From: Escherichia coli | GTDB taxonomy: Bacteria; Pseudomonadota; Gammaproteobacteria; Enterobacterales; Enterobacteriaceae | Strand: one strand, 5' to 3' | Length of the DNA: 64,000 bases | NCBI RefSeq assembly: GCF_051903065.1 | Contig: NZ_CP178438.1 | Part shown: positions 39,017 to 51,424 of the stretch, piece by piece | Layout: each line of letters begins with the position of its first letter | Position numbering within the stretch: the first letter of the stretch is position 1 | Notes under the pieces: generated by a model | Seen by the model: the letters and a program-made list of their open reading frames with translations, nothing else | What the model was told of the DNA's origin: nothing | The model's database searches: none | Made by a program: the position numbers and the translations under genes

Positions 39017-40432
39017 GTGAAACAAAGCACTATTGCACTGGCACTCTTACCGTTACTGTTTACCCCTGTGACAAAAGCCCGGACACCAGAAATGCCTGTT
39101 CTGGAAAACCGGGCTGCTCAGGGCGATATTACTGCACCCGGCGGTGCTCGCCGCTTAACGGCTGATCAGACCGCCGCTCTGCGTGATTCTCTTAGCGATA
39201 AACCTGCAAAAAATATTATTTTGCTGATTGGTGATGGGATGGGGGACTCGGAAATTACTGCCGCACGCAATTATGCCGAAGGTGCGGGCGGCTTTTTTAA
39301 AGGTATCGATGCCTTACCGCTTACCGGGCAATACACTCACTATGCGCTGAATAAAAAAACCGGCAAACCGGACTACGTCACCGACTCGGCTGCATCAGCA
39401 ACCGCCTGGTCAACCGGTGTCAAAACCTATAACGGCGCGCTGGGCGTCGATATTCACGAAAAAGATCACCCAACGATTCTGGAAATGGCAAAAGCCGCAG
39501 GTCTGGCGACCGGTAACGTTTCTACCGCAGAGTTGCAGGATGCCACGCCCGCTGCGCTGGTGGCGCATGTGACCTCGCGCAAATGCTACGGTCCGGGCGC
39601 GACCAGTGAAAAATGTCCGGGTAACGCTCTGGAAAAAGGCGGAAAAGGATCGATTACCGAACAGTTACTTAACGCTCGTGCCGACGTTACGCTTGGCGGT
39701 GGCGCAAAAACCTTTGCTGAAACGGCAACCGCAGGTGAATGGCAGGGAAAAACGCTGCGTGAACAGGCACAGGCGCGTGGTTATCAGTTGGTGAGCGATG
39801 CTGCCTCACTGAATTCGGTGACGGAAGCGAATCAGCAAAAACCCCTGCTTGGCCTGTTTGCTGACGGCAATATGCCAGTGCGCTGGCTAGGACCGAAAGC
39901 AACGTATCACGGTAATATTGATAAGCCCGCAGTCACCTGTACGCCTAATCCGCAACGTAATGACAGTGTACCGACCCTGGCACAGATGACCGACAAAGCC
40001 ATTGAATTGTTGAGTAAAAATGAGAAAGGCTTTTTCCTGCAAGTTGAAGGTGCGTCAATCGATAAACAGGATCATGCTGCGAATCCTTGTGGGCAAATTG
40101 GCGAGACGGTCGATCTCGATGAAGCCGTACAACGGGCGCTGGAATTCGCCAAAAAGGATGGTAACACGTTGGTCATAGTCACCGCTGATCACGCCCACGC
40201 CAGCCAGATTGTTGCGCCGGATACCAAAGCTCCGGGCCTCACCCAGGCGCTAAATACCAAAGATGGCGCAGTGATGGTGATGAGTTACGGGAACTCCGAA
40301 GAGGATTCACAAGAACATACCGGCAGTCAGTTGCGTATTGCGGCGTATGGCCCGCATGCCGCCAATGTCGTTGGACTGACCGACCAGACCGATCTCTTCT
40401 ACACCATGAAAGCCGCTCTGGGGCTGAAATAA
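39017..40432 (+). CDS. phoA: alkaline phosphatase
   Basis: GTG start at 39017 ([21 protein letters not shown] signal peptide); 471-aa precursor; active-site DSAAS present. Confidence 0.95.
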   Translation: MKQSTIALALLPLLFTPVTKARTPEMPVLENRAAQGDITAPGGARRLTADQTAALRDSLSDKPAKNIILLIGDGMGDSEITAARNYAEGAGGFFKGIDALPLTGQYTHYALNKKTGKPDYVTDSAASATAWSTGVKTYNGALGVDIHEKDHPTILEMAKAAGLATGNVSTAELQDATPAALVAHVTSRKCYGPGATSEKCPGNALEKGGKGSITEQLLNARADVTLGGGAKTFAETATAGEWQGKTLREQAQARGYQLVSDAASLNSVTEANQQKPLLGLFADGNMPVRWLGPKATYHGNIDKPAVTCTPNPQRNDSVPTLAQMTDKAIELLSKNEKGFFLQVEGASIDKQDHAANPCGQIGETVDLDEAVQRALEFAKKDGNTLVIVTADHAHASQIVAPDTKAPGLTQALNTKDGAVMVMSYGNSEEDSQEHTGSQLRIAAYGPHAANVVGLTDQTDLFYTMKAALGLK

Positions 40433-40437
40433 AACCG

Positions 40438-40476
40438 CTCCCGGCAGTGAATTTTCGCTGCCGGGTGGTTTTTTTG
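40438..40476 (+). terminator. rho-independent terminator after phoA
   Basis: Hairpin cccggcag...ctgccggg followed by a T run (tggttttttt). Confidence 0.85.
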
Positions 40477-40550
40477 CTGTTAGCAACCAGACTTAATGGC
40501 AGATCACGGGCGCATACGCTCATGGTTAAAACATGAAGAGGGATGGTGCT

Positions 40551-40871
40551 ATGAAAATAACATTACTGGTTACCTTGCTTTTCGGTCTGGTTTTTTTAAC
40601 CACCGTCGGCGCTGCCGAGAGAACTTTAACCCCACAACAACAGCGTATGACCTCCTGTAATCAGCAGGCGACGGCGCAGGCGTTGAAAGGGGATGCTCGT
40701 AAGACCTACATGAGTGATTGCCTGAAGAACAGCAAGTCTGCGCCTGGCGAAAAAAGTTTGACGCCACAGCAGCAAAAGATGCGCGAATGTAATAATCAAG
40801 CAACGCAACAATCTCTGAAAGGTGATGATCGTAATAAGTTTATGAGTGCCTGCCTCAAGAAAGCCGCCTGA
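40551..40871 (+). CDS. psiF: phosphate starvation-inducible protein PsiF
   Basis: 106-aa product from the ATG at 40551 (MKITLLVTLLFGLVFL...) with an internally duplicated LTPQQQ...CN.QAT...LKGD motif. Confidence 0.92.
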   Translation: MKITLLVTLLFGLVFLTTVGAAERTLTPQQQRMTSCNQQATAQALKGDARKTYMSDCLKNSKSAPGEKSLTPQQQKMRECNNQATQQSLKGDDRNKFMSACLKKAA

Positions 40872-40972
40872 CACCTGATAGTGCTAACGGGTGAGCTACG
40901 AAAATGGCTCACCCGAAATTTCATACTTCTGCCTTTAGCTCCGTCTCTATAATTTGGGAAAATTGTTTCTGA

Positions 40973-42088
40973 ATGTTCCCAAAAATAATGAATGATGAAA
41001 ACTTTTTCAAAAAAGCGGCGGCGCACGGGGAGGAACCTCCTTTAACTCCTCAAAACGAACATCAGCGGTCCGGGCTGCGCTTCGCCCGTCGCGTCAGACT
41101 ACCCCGTGCGGTTGGCCTGGCTGGCATGTTCTTACCGATTGCTTCAACGCTGGTTTCACACCCGCCGCCGGGCTGGTGGTGGCTGGTGTTGGTCGGCTGG
41201 GCGTTCGTCTGGCCGCATTTAGCCTGGCAGATAGCGAGCAGGGCCGTCGATCCGCTTAGCCGGGAAATTTACAACTTAAAAACCGATGCAGTATTAGCGG
41301 GAATGTGGGTAGGCGTAATGGGCGTAAACGTGCTGCCTTCCACCGCGATGTTGATGATTATGTGTCTGAATTTGATGGGGGCAGGCGGCCCCCGTCTGTT
41401 TGTCGCGGGTCTGGTGTTGATGGTGGTTTCCTGCCTTGTCACCCTCGAGCTGACGGGCATTACCGTGTCGTTCAATAGTGCGCCGCTGGAATGGTGGCTC
41501 TCCCTTCCCATTATTGTCATTTATCCTCTGCTGTTTGGCTGGGTCAGCTACCAGACGGCAACCAAACTGGCGGAACATAAACGCAGGTTGCAGGTCATGA
41601 GTACACGCGACGGCATGACGGGCGTGTATAACCGACGTCATTGGGAAACTATGTTACGCAATGAATTTGATAACTGTCGGCGACATAATCGCGATGCAAC
41701 GTTACTGATTATCGATATCGACCATTTCAAGAGCATCAACGATACCTGGGGCCATGATGTGGGCGATGAAGCGATTGTGGCGCTTACCCGACAGTTACAA
41801 ATTACCCTGCGTGGTAGCGATGTGATTGGTCGGTTTGGCGGCGATGAGTTTGCAGTAATCATGTCCGGTACGCCAGCTGAGAGCGCCATTACCGCCATGT
41901 TACGAGTGCATGAAGGATTAAATACGTTACGCCTGCCGAATACGCCGCAGGTGATGTTACGGATTAGTGTGGGGGTTGCGCCGCTGAACCCACAAATGAG
42001 TCACTATCGTGAGTGGTTGAAATCGGCAGATTTGGCGCTCTACAAAGCAAAGAAAGCCGGACGTAACCGCACCGAAGTGGCGGCCTGA
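40973..42088 (+). CDS. dgcC: diguanylate cyclase DgcC (AdrA/YaiC)
   Basis: 371-aa ORF with an N-terminal membrane (MASE2-like) region and a GGDEF domain (RFGGDEFAV). Confidence 0.93.
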   Translation: MFPKIMNDENFFKKAAAHGEEPPLTPQNEHQRSGLRFARRVRLPRAVGLAGMFLPIASTLVSHPPPGWWWLVLVGWAFVWPHLAWQIASRAVDPLSREIYNLKTDAVLAGMWVGVMGVNVLPSTAMLMIMCLNLMGAGGPRLFVAGLVLMVVSCLVTLELTGITVSFNSAPLEWWLSLPIIVIYPLLFGWVSYQTATKLAEHKRRLQVMSTRDGMTGVYNRRHWETMLRNEFDNCRRHNRDATLLIIDIDHFKSINDTWGHDVGDEAIVALTRQLQITLRGSDVIGRFGGDEFAVIMSGTPAESAITAMLRVHEGLNTLRLPNTPQVMLRISVGVAPLNPQMSHYREWLKSADLALYKAKKAGRNRTEVAA

Positions 42089-42104
42089 CGTCCGGCGAAA
42101 GTCA

Positions 42105-42914
42105 TCAGGATTTGCTGAGTTTTTCTGATTTTTCCATACACTTCGTCATCGCTTCGATCACTGCAGCACGGAAGCCTTTCTCTTCCAGTACGCGTACCGC
42201 TTCAATGGTGGTGCCTCCCGGTGAGCAGACCATATCTTTCAGTGCCCCTGGATGTTCTCCCGTTTCCAGCACCATTTTTGCGGAACCCATTACCGCCTGA
42301 GCGGCAAATTTATACGCCTGGGCGCGTGGCATCCCGCCCAGCACGGCGGCGTCGGCCATCGCTTCGATAAACATAAATACGTAGGCTGGCGAAGAACCGC
42401 TCACACCGACCACCGGGTGGATCATCGGCTCAGCAATTACTTCCGCTTCGCCAAAGCAGCGGAAAATATTCAGCACATCAGCGGTATCTTCTGGGGTTAC
42501 CAGCGCGTTTGGCGTTACGGAGGTCATCCCGGCATTAACCAGCGCGGGAGTGTTCGGCATGGCGCGGATAATTTTCCGGTCATGGCCCAGCGCGCGGGCA
42601 AGCTGGTCGAGCGTGACACCTGCAGCAATAGAAACGACCAGAGAGTCTTTATTGAGGCTGGAGGTGATTTCGCTAAGCACTTTAATCATGATGCCAGGTT
42701 TAACGGCGGCAAAAATGATGTCGGCGATTTGCGCCACTTCTTGCGCCGATTCTGCGGCGTTGATGCCGAACTGGTCATGCAGGGCGGCGACTTTATCCGG
42801 GGAGGGGGTGTATACCCAGATTTGCCCTGGAAGCACCTGACCGCTGGCAATCAGACCGCCGAGAATGGCTTTTCCCATATTGCCGCAGCCAATAAAACCG
42901 ATTTTCTTTTCCAT
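42105..42914 (-). CDS. proC: pyrroline-5-carboxylate reductase
   Basis: 269-aa product from the ATG at 42914 ([21 protein letters not shown]...); the ORF track extends to 43022. Confidence 0.95.
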   Translation of the reverse strand: MEKKIGFIGCGNMGKAILGGLIASGQVLPGQIWVYTPSPDKVAALHDQFGINAAESAQEVAQIADIIFAAVKPGIMIKVLSEITSSLNKDSLVVSIAAGVTLDQLARALGHDRKIIRAMPNTPALVNAGMTSVTPNALVTPEDTADVLNIFRCFGEAEVIAEPMIHPVVGVSGSSPAYVFMFIEAMADAAVLGGMPRAQAYKFAAQAVMGSAKMVLETGEHPGALKDMVCSPGGTTIEAVRVLEEKGFRAAVIEAMTKCMEKSEKLSKS

Positions 42915-43033
42915 TGCCTCACTCCTGCCGTGAAATTCATTGTTTTGATAATCGCTGGCAGAAGCATAAACAGAACTATGCCGGAAGGCAAAAGCGCGAC
43001 ACAATAGAGGATTACCCAACAAAGGATGACTTT

Positions 43034-43492
43034 ATGACAATTTGGGTGGATGCCGACGCGTGTCCCAATGTAATTAAAGAGATTTTGTATCGCGCGGCGG
43101 AACGTATGCAGATGCCGCTGGTACTGGTAGCAAACCAGAGTTTACGCGTGCCGCCATCGCGATTTATTCGTACGCTGCGCGTCGCGGCAGGTTTCGACGT
43201 TGCCGATAACGAAATTGTCCGGCAGTGTGAAGCGGGCGATTTGGTGATCACCGCAGATATACCTTTGGCTGCTGAAGCCATCGAGAAAGGCGCTGCGGCG
43301 CTTAATCCGCGCGGTGAACGTTACACGCCAGCGACCATTCGTGAGCGCCTGACGATGCGCGATTTTATGGATACCTTACGTGCCAGTGGGATCCAGACCG
43401 GCGGACCAGATAGCCTTTCACAACGTGACCGCCAGGCATTTGCCGCGGAGCTGGAGAAGTGGTGGCTGGAAGTGCAACGTAGTCGTGGCTAA
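43034..43492 (+). CDS. yaiI: UPF0178 protein YaiI
   Basis: 152-aa product from the ATG at 43034 ([24 protein letters not shown]...); divergent from proC. Confidence 0.9.
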   Translation: MTIWVDADACPNVIKEILYRAAERMQMPLVLVANQSLRVPPSRFIRTLRVAAGFDVADNEIVRQCEAGDLVITADIPLAAEAIEKGAAALNPRGERYTPATIRERLTMRDFMDTLRASGIQTGGPDSLSQRDRQAFAAELEKWWLEVQRSRG

Positions 43493-43493
43493 A

Positions 43494-43617
43494 TGTAATT
43501 TATTATTTACACTTCATTCTTGAATATTTATTGGTATAGTAAGGGATGTATTGAGATTTTCACTTTAAGTGGAATTTTTTCTTTACAATCGAAATTGTAC
43601 TAGTTTGATGGTATGAT
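43494..43617 (+). promoter_or_regulatory. aroL promoter region: TyrR boxes (43494..43511, 43570..43587), TrpR half-site (43598..43606), -10 TATGAT (43612..43617)
   Basis: tgtaatttattatttaca and tggaattttttctttaca fit TGTAAA-N6-TTTACA; gtactagtt fits the TrpR operator half-site. Confidence 0.7.
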
Positions 43618-43674
43618 CGCTATTCTCATGACACCGGCTTTCGCCGCATTGCGACCTATTGGGGAAAACCCACG

Positions 43675-44199
43675 ATGACACAACCTCTTTTTCTGATTGG
43701 GCCTCGGGGCTGTGGTAAAACAACGGTCGGAATGGCCCTTGCCGATTCGCTTAACCGTCGGTTTGTCGATACCGATCAGTGGTTGCAATCACAGCTCAAT
43801 ATGACGGTCGCGGAGATCGTCGAAAGGGAAGAGTGGGCGGGATTTCGCGCCAGAGAAACGGCGGCGCTGGAAGCGGTAACTGCGCCATCCACCGTTATCG
43901 CTACAGGCGGCGGCATTATTCTGACGGAATTTAATCGTCACTTCATGCAAAATAACGGGATCGTGGTTTATTTGTGTGCGCCAGTATCAGTCCTGGTTAA
44001 CCGACTGCAAGCTGCACCGGAAGAAGATTTACGGCCAACCTTAACGGGAAAACCGCTGAGCGAAGAAGTTCAGGAAGTGCTGGAAGAACGCGATGCGCTA
44101 TATCGTGAAGTTGCGCATATTATCATCGACGCAACAAACGAACCCAGCCAGGTGATTTCTGAAATTCGCAGCGCCCTGGCACAGACGATCAATTGTTGA
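43675..44199 (+). CDS. aroL: shikimate kinase II
   Basis: 174-aa ORF with P-loop GPRGCGKTT. Confidence 0.95.
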
Positions 44200-44239
44200 T
44201 TTTCGAGCGCCTATACTTAACGTTCATCCCGTGAAATAA

Positions 44240-44440
<201 letters not shown>

Positions 44441-44697
44441 CCGCATCAGACTGCTCGGAAGGGATTCTGAGTGCCACTACAAGGGATCTGCGTCACATTT
44501 TTCATAATTCATGTTTTTCAAATAATTAGAATATTAAACAATAACAATCCATTACTGGAATCATTTGGAATCTTTACATTATGCCGTGCACGTCTGCTGC
44601 TACGCTTTTTGTCATTTGTAGCACAAGTAAGTGTCAGCAGTGGTGCTTAACACTTGCCCGGTAATTAACGACGAAATAAAAGTAAGGTGGAAGAACA

Positions 44698-45375
44698 ATG
44701 AGTGCGTCGTTGGCGATTCTAACCATCGGCATTGTACCTATGCAGGAAGTTTTGCCGCTCCTGACAGAATACATTGACGAAGATAATATTTCCCATCATA
44801 GCCTGCTGGGGAAGTTAAGCCGCGAAGAAGTGATGGCGGAGTACGCGCCAGAAGCAGGCGAAGACACAATTCTCACATTATTAAATGACAACCATTTGGT
44901 CCATGTTTCGCGTCGCAAAGTAGAGCGTGACCTGCAAGGTGTGGTTGAAGTGCTCGATAATCAGGGCTACGACGTCATTATATTAATGAGTACGGCAAAC
45001 ATTAGTAGTATGACTGCGCGTAATACGATCTTTCTTGAGCCGTCGCGGATATTGCCACCGCTGGTTTCCTCTATTGTTGAAGATCATCAGGTGGGGGTTA
45101 TCGTACCGGTTGAGGAGTTGCTGACCGTTCAGGCGCAAAAATGGCAAATTTTGCAGAAACCGCCGGTATTTTCATTGGGTAACCCCATTCATGATTCAGA
45201 ACAAAAAATCATTGATGCCGGGAAAGAATTACTGGCGAAAGGCGCAGATGTCATCATGCTGGATTGTTTGGGATTTAACCAGCGTCATCGCGATTTACTG
45301 CAAAAACAGCTCGATGTTCCTGTCTTGCTCTCTAACGTATTGATTGCACGGCTGGCTGCGGAATTACTGGTGTAA
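44698..45375 (+). CDS. aroM: AroM family protein
   Basis: 225-aa ORF ([30 protein letters not shown]...). Confidence 0.92.
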   Translation: MSASLAILTIGIVPMQEVLPLLTEYIDEDNISHHSLLGKLSREEVMAEYAPEAGEDTILTLLNDNHLVHVSRRKVERDLQGVVEVLDNQGYDVIILMSTANISSMTARNTIFLEPSRILPPLVSSIVEDHQVGVIVPVEELLTVQAQKWQILQKPPVFSLGNPIHDSEQKIIDAGKELLAKGADVIMLDCLGFNQRHRDLLQKQLDVPVLLSNVLIARLAAELLV

Positions 45376-45446
45376 TTTTGCGTGACAGCCAGCGCATCTG
45401 GCCCCTATAGTGAAGTAGATGTTCAACTACCAGACAGGGCCAGTTT

Positions 45447-45731
45447 ATGCTTCAAAGTAATGAGTACTTTTCCGGCAAAGTGAAATCGATCGGCTTTTCC
45501 AGCAGCAGCACTGGTCGCGCCAGCGTGGGTGTTATGGTTGAAGGCGAATACACCTTCAGCACCGCTGAGCCGGAAGAGATGACGGTAATCAGTGGCGCGC
45601 TGAATGTGTTACTGCCTGACGCGACCGACTGGCAAGTGTATGAAGCCGGTTCGGTGTTTAATGTTCCCGGTCACAGTGAGTTTCATCTGCAAGTTGCCGA
45701 ACCCACCTCTTATCTGTGCCGCTATCTGTAA
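45447..45731 (+). CDS. ppnP: pyrimidine/purine nucleoside phosphorylase PpnP (YaiE)
   Basis: 94-aa ORF ([37 protein letters not shown]...). Confidence 0.92.
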
Positions 45732-47065
45732 TTCCTCGCCTTCCCCTTGAACGGGAGGGCATTTTTCTGAAATATCCTCTCTTTAACCCATAATAATATT
45801 TCCTTTGCTGCGATTTTTTCAATTTCCGATATATTCATAATTCATCAAGGTTGATATCAATATCATTGAAGATTATGAATAGAATTAATATATTGGTCAT
45901 CTGTATGGTCGTGTTTTTTATGACTGGCAATGCATGTGCCACAGAGTGGATCAGTAGCGAGGACCTTATCACCTCTGACTTTCATCTTATGACGGCAGAT
46001 GAGCGCAACGTGGTTAAAGCGGCAACCGACGATAGTATGGAAGCTGCTTATATGCTAAAAGATAATATCCGCTGGTATTATCATAATGGTAACCTATCAT
46101 TACCCGCTAACTTCAGCAATCAAAATAAACTGGTGGTGAACGGTAATTTAACGATTTCCGGCGATTATGATGATTATCTGTCAGGTAATGGTCATCTGAT
46201 TGTATTAGGTAATGTTATTGTCGATAACTTTATTAATCATGATTTCGCGTATGTCAAAGGACAGATGACAGCGAAAGGTTTAGTTTATGCTGATTACAAT
46301 GATCACAACTTTGAAGTGATGAAGGGAATTAGCGCGCGAGGCATTATTGTTTCCGATAAAGCAACGCAATTTGAGGTCATCAAAGCTGAGTTTTATATCA
46401 ATGAAGATGAAAGCGGTGAAGGATATAACTGGGATGAGAATATTCAAAAAGCCTATTCACTGGTGACTGCCGATCTTTATGATCACACTGAAATCGAAAC
46501 CGATAACATTTCCAATGCGTATCCTGACTATGATAGCGTCGCAGACAACATCGTTCAGGGTTTACCTCTTTTTTGCGATAAAGCCGCTCCTGAAATTAAT
46601 GAGAAATTAAAATGGATTGAAACGGGGAAACTCGATAATTTCCCAGCGAATAAAATAAAGCATCAAGATCCACTGGTGGCACGTTTTCTGACTCATACAG
46701 AGAGTTTATCACCCGCCGTTATGCTGCAACTGTTACAGCACCCCGATGACCAGACGCGTGAATCGATGGCGCAGTCCTGGCCCGCTCAACAGATGCATTT
46801 GCTTACCGATGAATTAATTAAAGATGAGGCTGTTGCCAGAGGGCTGGTTAAAAACAGTAATATTTCCGCCGATGTGAATAAAAAATTAATGTCTGTACCC
46901 GTCGAGAGCGTACAGCTGGAGCAGGCCAGACAGGATAATCTTTCTCCAGATATTGTTGCGTCGTTAAGTCATAGCCCCTTTCTCAGTGTACGCAAGACAT
47001 TACTCAGCCAGGTGATGCTGCCAACTTACTGATTTAGTGTATGATGGTGTTTTTGAGGTGCTCCA

Positions 47066-47341
47066 GTGGCTTCTGTTTCTATCAGCTGTCCCTCCTGTTC
47101 AGCTACTGACGGGGTGGTGCGTAACGGCAAAAGCACCGCCGGACATCAGCGCTATCTCTGCTCTCACTGCCGTAAAACATGGCAACTGCAGTTCACTTAC
47201 ACCGCTTCTCAACCCGGTACGCACCAGAAAATCATTGATATGGCCATGAATGGCGTTGGATGCCGGGCAACAGCCCGCATTATGGGCGTTGGCCTCAACA
47301 CGATTTTACGTCACTTAAAAAACTCAGGCCGCAGTCGGTAA
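47066..47341 (+). CDS. insA: IS1 protein InsA
   Basis: 91-aa ORF ([43 protein letters not shown]...) at IS1 positions 56..331. Confidence 0.95.
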
Positions 47342-47763
47342 CCTCGCGCATACAGCCGGGCAGTGACGTCATCGTCTGCGCGGAAATGGACGAACAGTGG
47401 GGCTATGTCGGGGCTAAATCGCGCCAGCGCTGGCTGTTTTACGCGTATGACAGGCTCCGGAAGACGGTTGTTGCGCACGTATTCGGTGAACGCACTATGG
47501 CGACGCTGGGGCGTCTTATGAGCCTGCTGTCACCCTTTGACGTGGTGATATGGATGACGGATGGCTGGCCGCTGTATGAATCCCGCCTGAAGGGAAAGCT
47601 GCACGTAATCAGCAAGCGATATACGCAGCGAATTGAGCGGCATAACCTGAATCTGAGGCAGCACCTGGCACGGCTGGGACGGAAGTCGCTGTCGTTCTCA
47701 AAATCGGTGGAGCTGCATGACAAAGTCATCGGGCATTATCTGAACATAAAACACTATCAATAA
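47260..47763 (+). CDS. insB: IS1 InsB (transposase made as an InsAB' fusion by -1 frameshift at the A6C motif near 47317..47323)
   Basis: 167-aa ORF in the -1 frame relative to insA; the aaaaaac slippery site is present in the overlap. Confidence 0.93.
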
Positions 47764-48927
47764 GTTGGAGTCATTACCACTCAGCCATTACGATTACGCC
47801 TGGCTGGTTCCGACTGCAGTGGCCGATGAGTTGATAAATAACGAAGACCCGGAGTTACGTGAAAGAATTACCGGAGCAGATTTAACCGCACAACAAGCAG
47901 TGATGTTGAGTAAAGATAAATCACTGAAAGTTCGTGAAGCATTAGCCCGGACGCTTACTGAATTAAAAATTACCCAACTGTCAGCAACCCTGCGTACAGA
48001 GGATATTGAACGTATCGCAGAACAAATGTATCTGGATAATAAAGAAAATAAAAATATCGTAAAAGCGTTATTGATAGCGTTGCCGGAGATGCGTCAACTG
48101 TCTCTGGCAAAAGAAGATGTGCACAATTTGCGCGAAGGTGCGCGTTATCTGACATCGAAGGACGTGATTAGTTATCTATTGACTCAGCATGATGTTCCCA
48201 CCGTCTGGGATGAGCTGGCACGCGATAAATTATTGCCGCTGGAATATAAGAAACAGTTATGGCAACGCACATTAAATTTAATGATGAGCAAACGGCAAGA
48301 AGATCAAGAGCAAGCCTACGAAGTACAGCTGGCGCTGATTGATAATGGTGTTGTTGACGAAGAGATGTTAAATAATGCCATTGATTTACTGGTTGATTTA
48401 CCCGCTGAATACCGCTATCGAATGCGTAACCAATTATTTGATAATAAAGATTTACCTTCCGGAATTATCAACAAACTCGATCAACAGTATCGCTTCAACT
48501 CTGACTGGGCGCTGTCTGTTGACAGTATGAAAAATAGCACCCGTAGGCAAAGTGAAAGAGGATTACACCGCTGGAACCGTGAGGATAGCGATATTTTTGC
48601 GGAACTGGCGACGATAAAAGATAAATCAGATGATGAATGGTGGCGTGCATTGCTGCAAAGTCGCAATGATCATTTGCGCCAAACGGCATTACGCAACGCA
48701 CATACCCCGGCGTCGTTGTTAACGACATTGACTGAGCCTCAGGATCGGTCGCTGGCTATTAATAATCCACAGCTGGCTGCCGATGTGAAAACGGCGTGGT
48801 TAAAAGAGGATCCATCATTACTCTTATTTGTCGAACAACCCGATCTTTCGCTGTTACGTGATTTAGTGAAAACCGGGGCAACGCGGAAAATTCGCAGTGA
48901 AGCGCGTCACCGGCTTGAGGAAAAACA

Positions 48928-49383
48928 ATGACACAACGTCCATGGAGCAAGTTACAGCGGGAGATCTATGACTTACTGACGCCAACGATCAACCTGCAAA
49001 TTCACTGTACCCGTTATCCCATGCGCAGCCAAAATGGTGGAAGCACCGATTTACCGCGTTATTGGATCACGTTGGATAAAAACGTGATCTGGGATTACCC
49101 GAAAGACTTTATTGCAGGTAACGGTGGAGTGCGTAATTTTCACGGTGAAACTTGCTGGTATCCTTACCTGACGGATATTTGTTCAATTTCTGATTTATTG
49201 CGTGAATATATTGATACCCCAAAAGCGGAGCTGTTAACAAAACAATTTACCAGCGATAAATGGGGGTTAGTGAATATTCTGCGTGCTGCTGACAGGCGAA
49301 TAGGGATGAGGCGATTAGATCAGTTACGGCGTAAAACGCATAATATTGCTGCGCTAAAAATTATTGCCCGCCGTAGCGAATAA
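48928..49383 (+). CDS. hypothetical 151-aa protein, translationally coupled to the upstream repeat-protein gene
   Basis: ATGA start/stop overlap at 48928..48931; no signal peptide; no family recognised. Confidence 0.6.
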   Translation: MTQRPWSKLQREIYDLLTPTINLQIHCTRYPMRSQNGGSTDLPRYWITLDKNVIWDYPKDFIAGNGGVRNFHGETCWYPYLTDICSISDLLREYIDTPKAELLTKQFTSDKWGLVNILRAADRRIGMRRLDQLRRKTHNIAALKIIARRSE

Positions 49384-49401
49384 TTATATCCCTGGTATGG
49401 C

Positions 49402-49446
49402 TTCGTACGCCGGATAAGACGCGGCAGGCGTCGCATCCGGCATTAA
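49402..49446. repeat. REP element
   Basis: gtacgccggataagacgcggcaggcgtcgcatccggcat palindromic unit before the rdgC 3' end. Confidence 0.8.
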
Positions 49447-49460
49447 AGGAAAATCAGCAA

Positions 49461-50372
49461 TTAACGTTGTGCTTCGCCACCTAATCCTTCAATCAGGTTT
49501 TGAATTAACGCTGCCAGTTCACCAGTCATCAGGATGAAATCGGCATCAAAACGCTGGGCGAAATCTTCACGGTCGATATCTTCGTTTTGATCGCGCAGCT
49601 CGTCGCAGAACTTCAGACGCTTGAGCGAACCATCGTCGCACATCACAAACTGAATGCGCTGCTGCCAGTCGAGCGCCAGTTTAGTCACCACTTTTCCGGC
49701 TTCAATGTGATTGGTGATCTCTTCGCTGGTCAGATCTTGTTTCTTCGCGCGGATCACTCCGCCATCTTCCAGCAACGATTTCAGCTCGGCTTCATCAAGC
49801 AGCTGGAAGCCCTGTGCCGCACTACCGGAACGTACCCATTCGGTCAGCGTCAGTTCAATCGGGTTTTCCATGCTCAATGGTACAACCGGTAACGACCCCA
49901 GGCTTTTACGCAGCAGTGCCAGCGTATCTTCCGCTTTTTTGGCACTGGCGCAGTCCACCATAATCAAACCGTTAACCGTGTCGATCCACATCATTGTCTG
50001 GCTAAAACGGCTGAAAGCACGCGGCAACAGAGAGTGCAGCACTTCGTCTTTCAGCGAATCTTTTTCGGTTTTCTTCAGCTTACGCGCCTGTTCCGCTTCC
50101 AGTTTGGCGATTTTCGCTTCCAGCGCCTGTTTAATCACCGGAGACGGTAGGATTTTTTCTTCTTTGCGCGCGCAGATAACAATTTGACCATTGGCAACGT
50201 GCGTTAACGCATCGCTGTGCGATCCCATCGGAGGAACCCAGCCCATCTTCGCCATGTCCTGGCTGCCGCATGGGGTAAATGCCATCGAGGCTAGCTGTTT
50301 TTCCATCTCTTCTGCACGCAGCGAAATCTCGCGGCTAAGACGGTAAACCATTAAATTTTTGAACCACAGCAT
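49461..50372 (-). CDS. rdgC: recombination-associated protein RdgC
   Basis: 303-aa product from the ATG at 50372 ([37 protein letters not shown]...). Confidence 0.95.
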
Positions 50373-50496
50373 GATAATTTCCACGGCCTTGTCGTTAAAT
50401 TTAGCGGGCATGATAACGAATTGTCGGCGGCCTTGCATTGCCAATCCGGTTGTCCGTCTCTACGCTATTGATATTGAAAAAAATAAGGAGAGTACC

Positions 50497-51405
50497 GTGC
50501 GTATAGGTATCGATTTAGGCGGCACCAAAACTGAAGTGATTGCACTGGGCGATGCAGGGGAGCAGTTGTACCGCCATCGTCTGCCCACGCCGCGTGATGA
50601 TTACCGGCAGACTATTGAAACGATCGCCACGTTGGTTGATATGGCGGAGCAGGCGACGTGGCAGCGCGGAACGGTAGGTATGGGCATTCCTGGCTCAATT
50701 TCGCCTTACACCGGTGTGGTGAAGAATGCCAATTCAACCTGGCTCAACGGTCAGCCATTCGATAAAGACTTAAGCGCGAGGTTGCAGCGGGAAGTGCGGC
50801 TGGCAAATGACGCCAACTGTCTGGCGGTTTCAGAAGCAGTAGATGGCGCGGCAGCGGGAGCGCAGACGGTATTTGCCGTGATTATCGGCACGGGATGCGG
50901 CGCGGGCGTGGCATTCAATGGGCGGGCGCATATCGGCGGCAATGGCACGGCAGGTGAGTGGGGACACAATCCGCTACCGTGGATGGACGAAGACGAACTG
51001 CGTTATCGCGAGGAAGTCCCTTGTTATTGCGGTAAACAAGGTTGTATTGAAACCTTTATTTCGGGCACGGGATTCGCGACGGATTATCGTCGTTTGAGCG
51101 GACATGCGCTGAAAGGCAGTGAAATTATCCGCCTGGTTGAAGAAAACGATCCGGTAGCGGAACTGGCATTGCGTCGCTACGAGCTGCGGCTGGCAAAATC
51201 GCTGGCACATGTCGTGAATATTCTCGATCCGGATGTGATTGTCCTGGGGGGCGGGATGAGCAATGTAGACCGTTTATATCAAACGGTTCCGCAGTTGATT
51301 AAACAATTTGTCTTCGGCGGCGAATGTGAAACGCCGGTGCGTAAGGCGAAGCACGGTGATTCCAGCGGCGTACGCGGCGCTGCGTGGTTATGGCCACAAG
51401 AGTAA
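50497..51405 (+). CDS. mak: fructokinase / manno(fructo)kinase Mak (ROK family)
   Basis: GTG start at 50497 preceded by AAGGAG; 302 aa ([36 protein letters not shown]...). Confidence 0.92.
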   Translation: MRIGIDLGGTKTEVIALGDAGEQLYRHRLPTPRDDYRQTIETIATLVDMAEQATWQRGTVGMGIPGSISPYTGVVKNANSTWLNGQPFDKDLSARLQREVRLANDANCLAVSEAVDGAAAGAQTVFAVIIGTGCGAGVAFNGRAHIGGNGTAGEWGHNPLPWMDEDELRYREEVPCYCGKQGCIETFISGTGFATDYRRLSGHALKGSEIIRLVEENDPVAELALRRYELRLAKSLAHVVNILDPDVIVLGGGMSNVDRLYQTVPQLIKQFVFGGECETPVRKAKHGDSSGVRGAAWLWPQE

Positions 51406-51424
51406 AAAACCCAGGCAATTGGCG

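Larger units (their letters stand above)
47011..47778 (+). mobile_element. IS1 insertion sequence (768 bp) flanked by a 9-bp target-site duplication ACTCAGCCA
   Basis: Ends ggtgatgctgccaacttactgat ... atcaataagttggagtcattacc; direct repeat actcagcca at 47002..47010 and 47779..47787. Confidence 0.97.
45875..48931 (+). pseudogene. IS1-interrupted gene for a large secreted protein (about 759 aa when rejoined): signal peptide, Asn/Gly-rich beta-rich region, C-terminal helical HEAT/LRV-like repeats
   Basis: 5' fragment 45875..47010 (MNRINILVICMVVFFMTGNACA...TLLS) reads into the IS1 inverted repeat and stops at 47032; 3' fragment 47779..48931 continues in the same frame (SHYDYAWLVP...RLEEKQ). The frames join exactly across the 9-bp duplication. 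Confidence 0.8.

Noticed and set aside
47765-48931. 388-aa ORF called as an independent gene
   Set aside because: Its start is a TTG inside the IS1 right inverted repeat; it is the 3' fragment of the IS1-interrupted gene.
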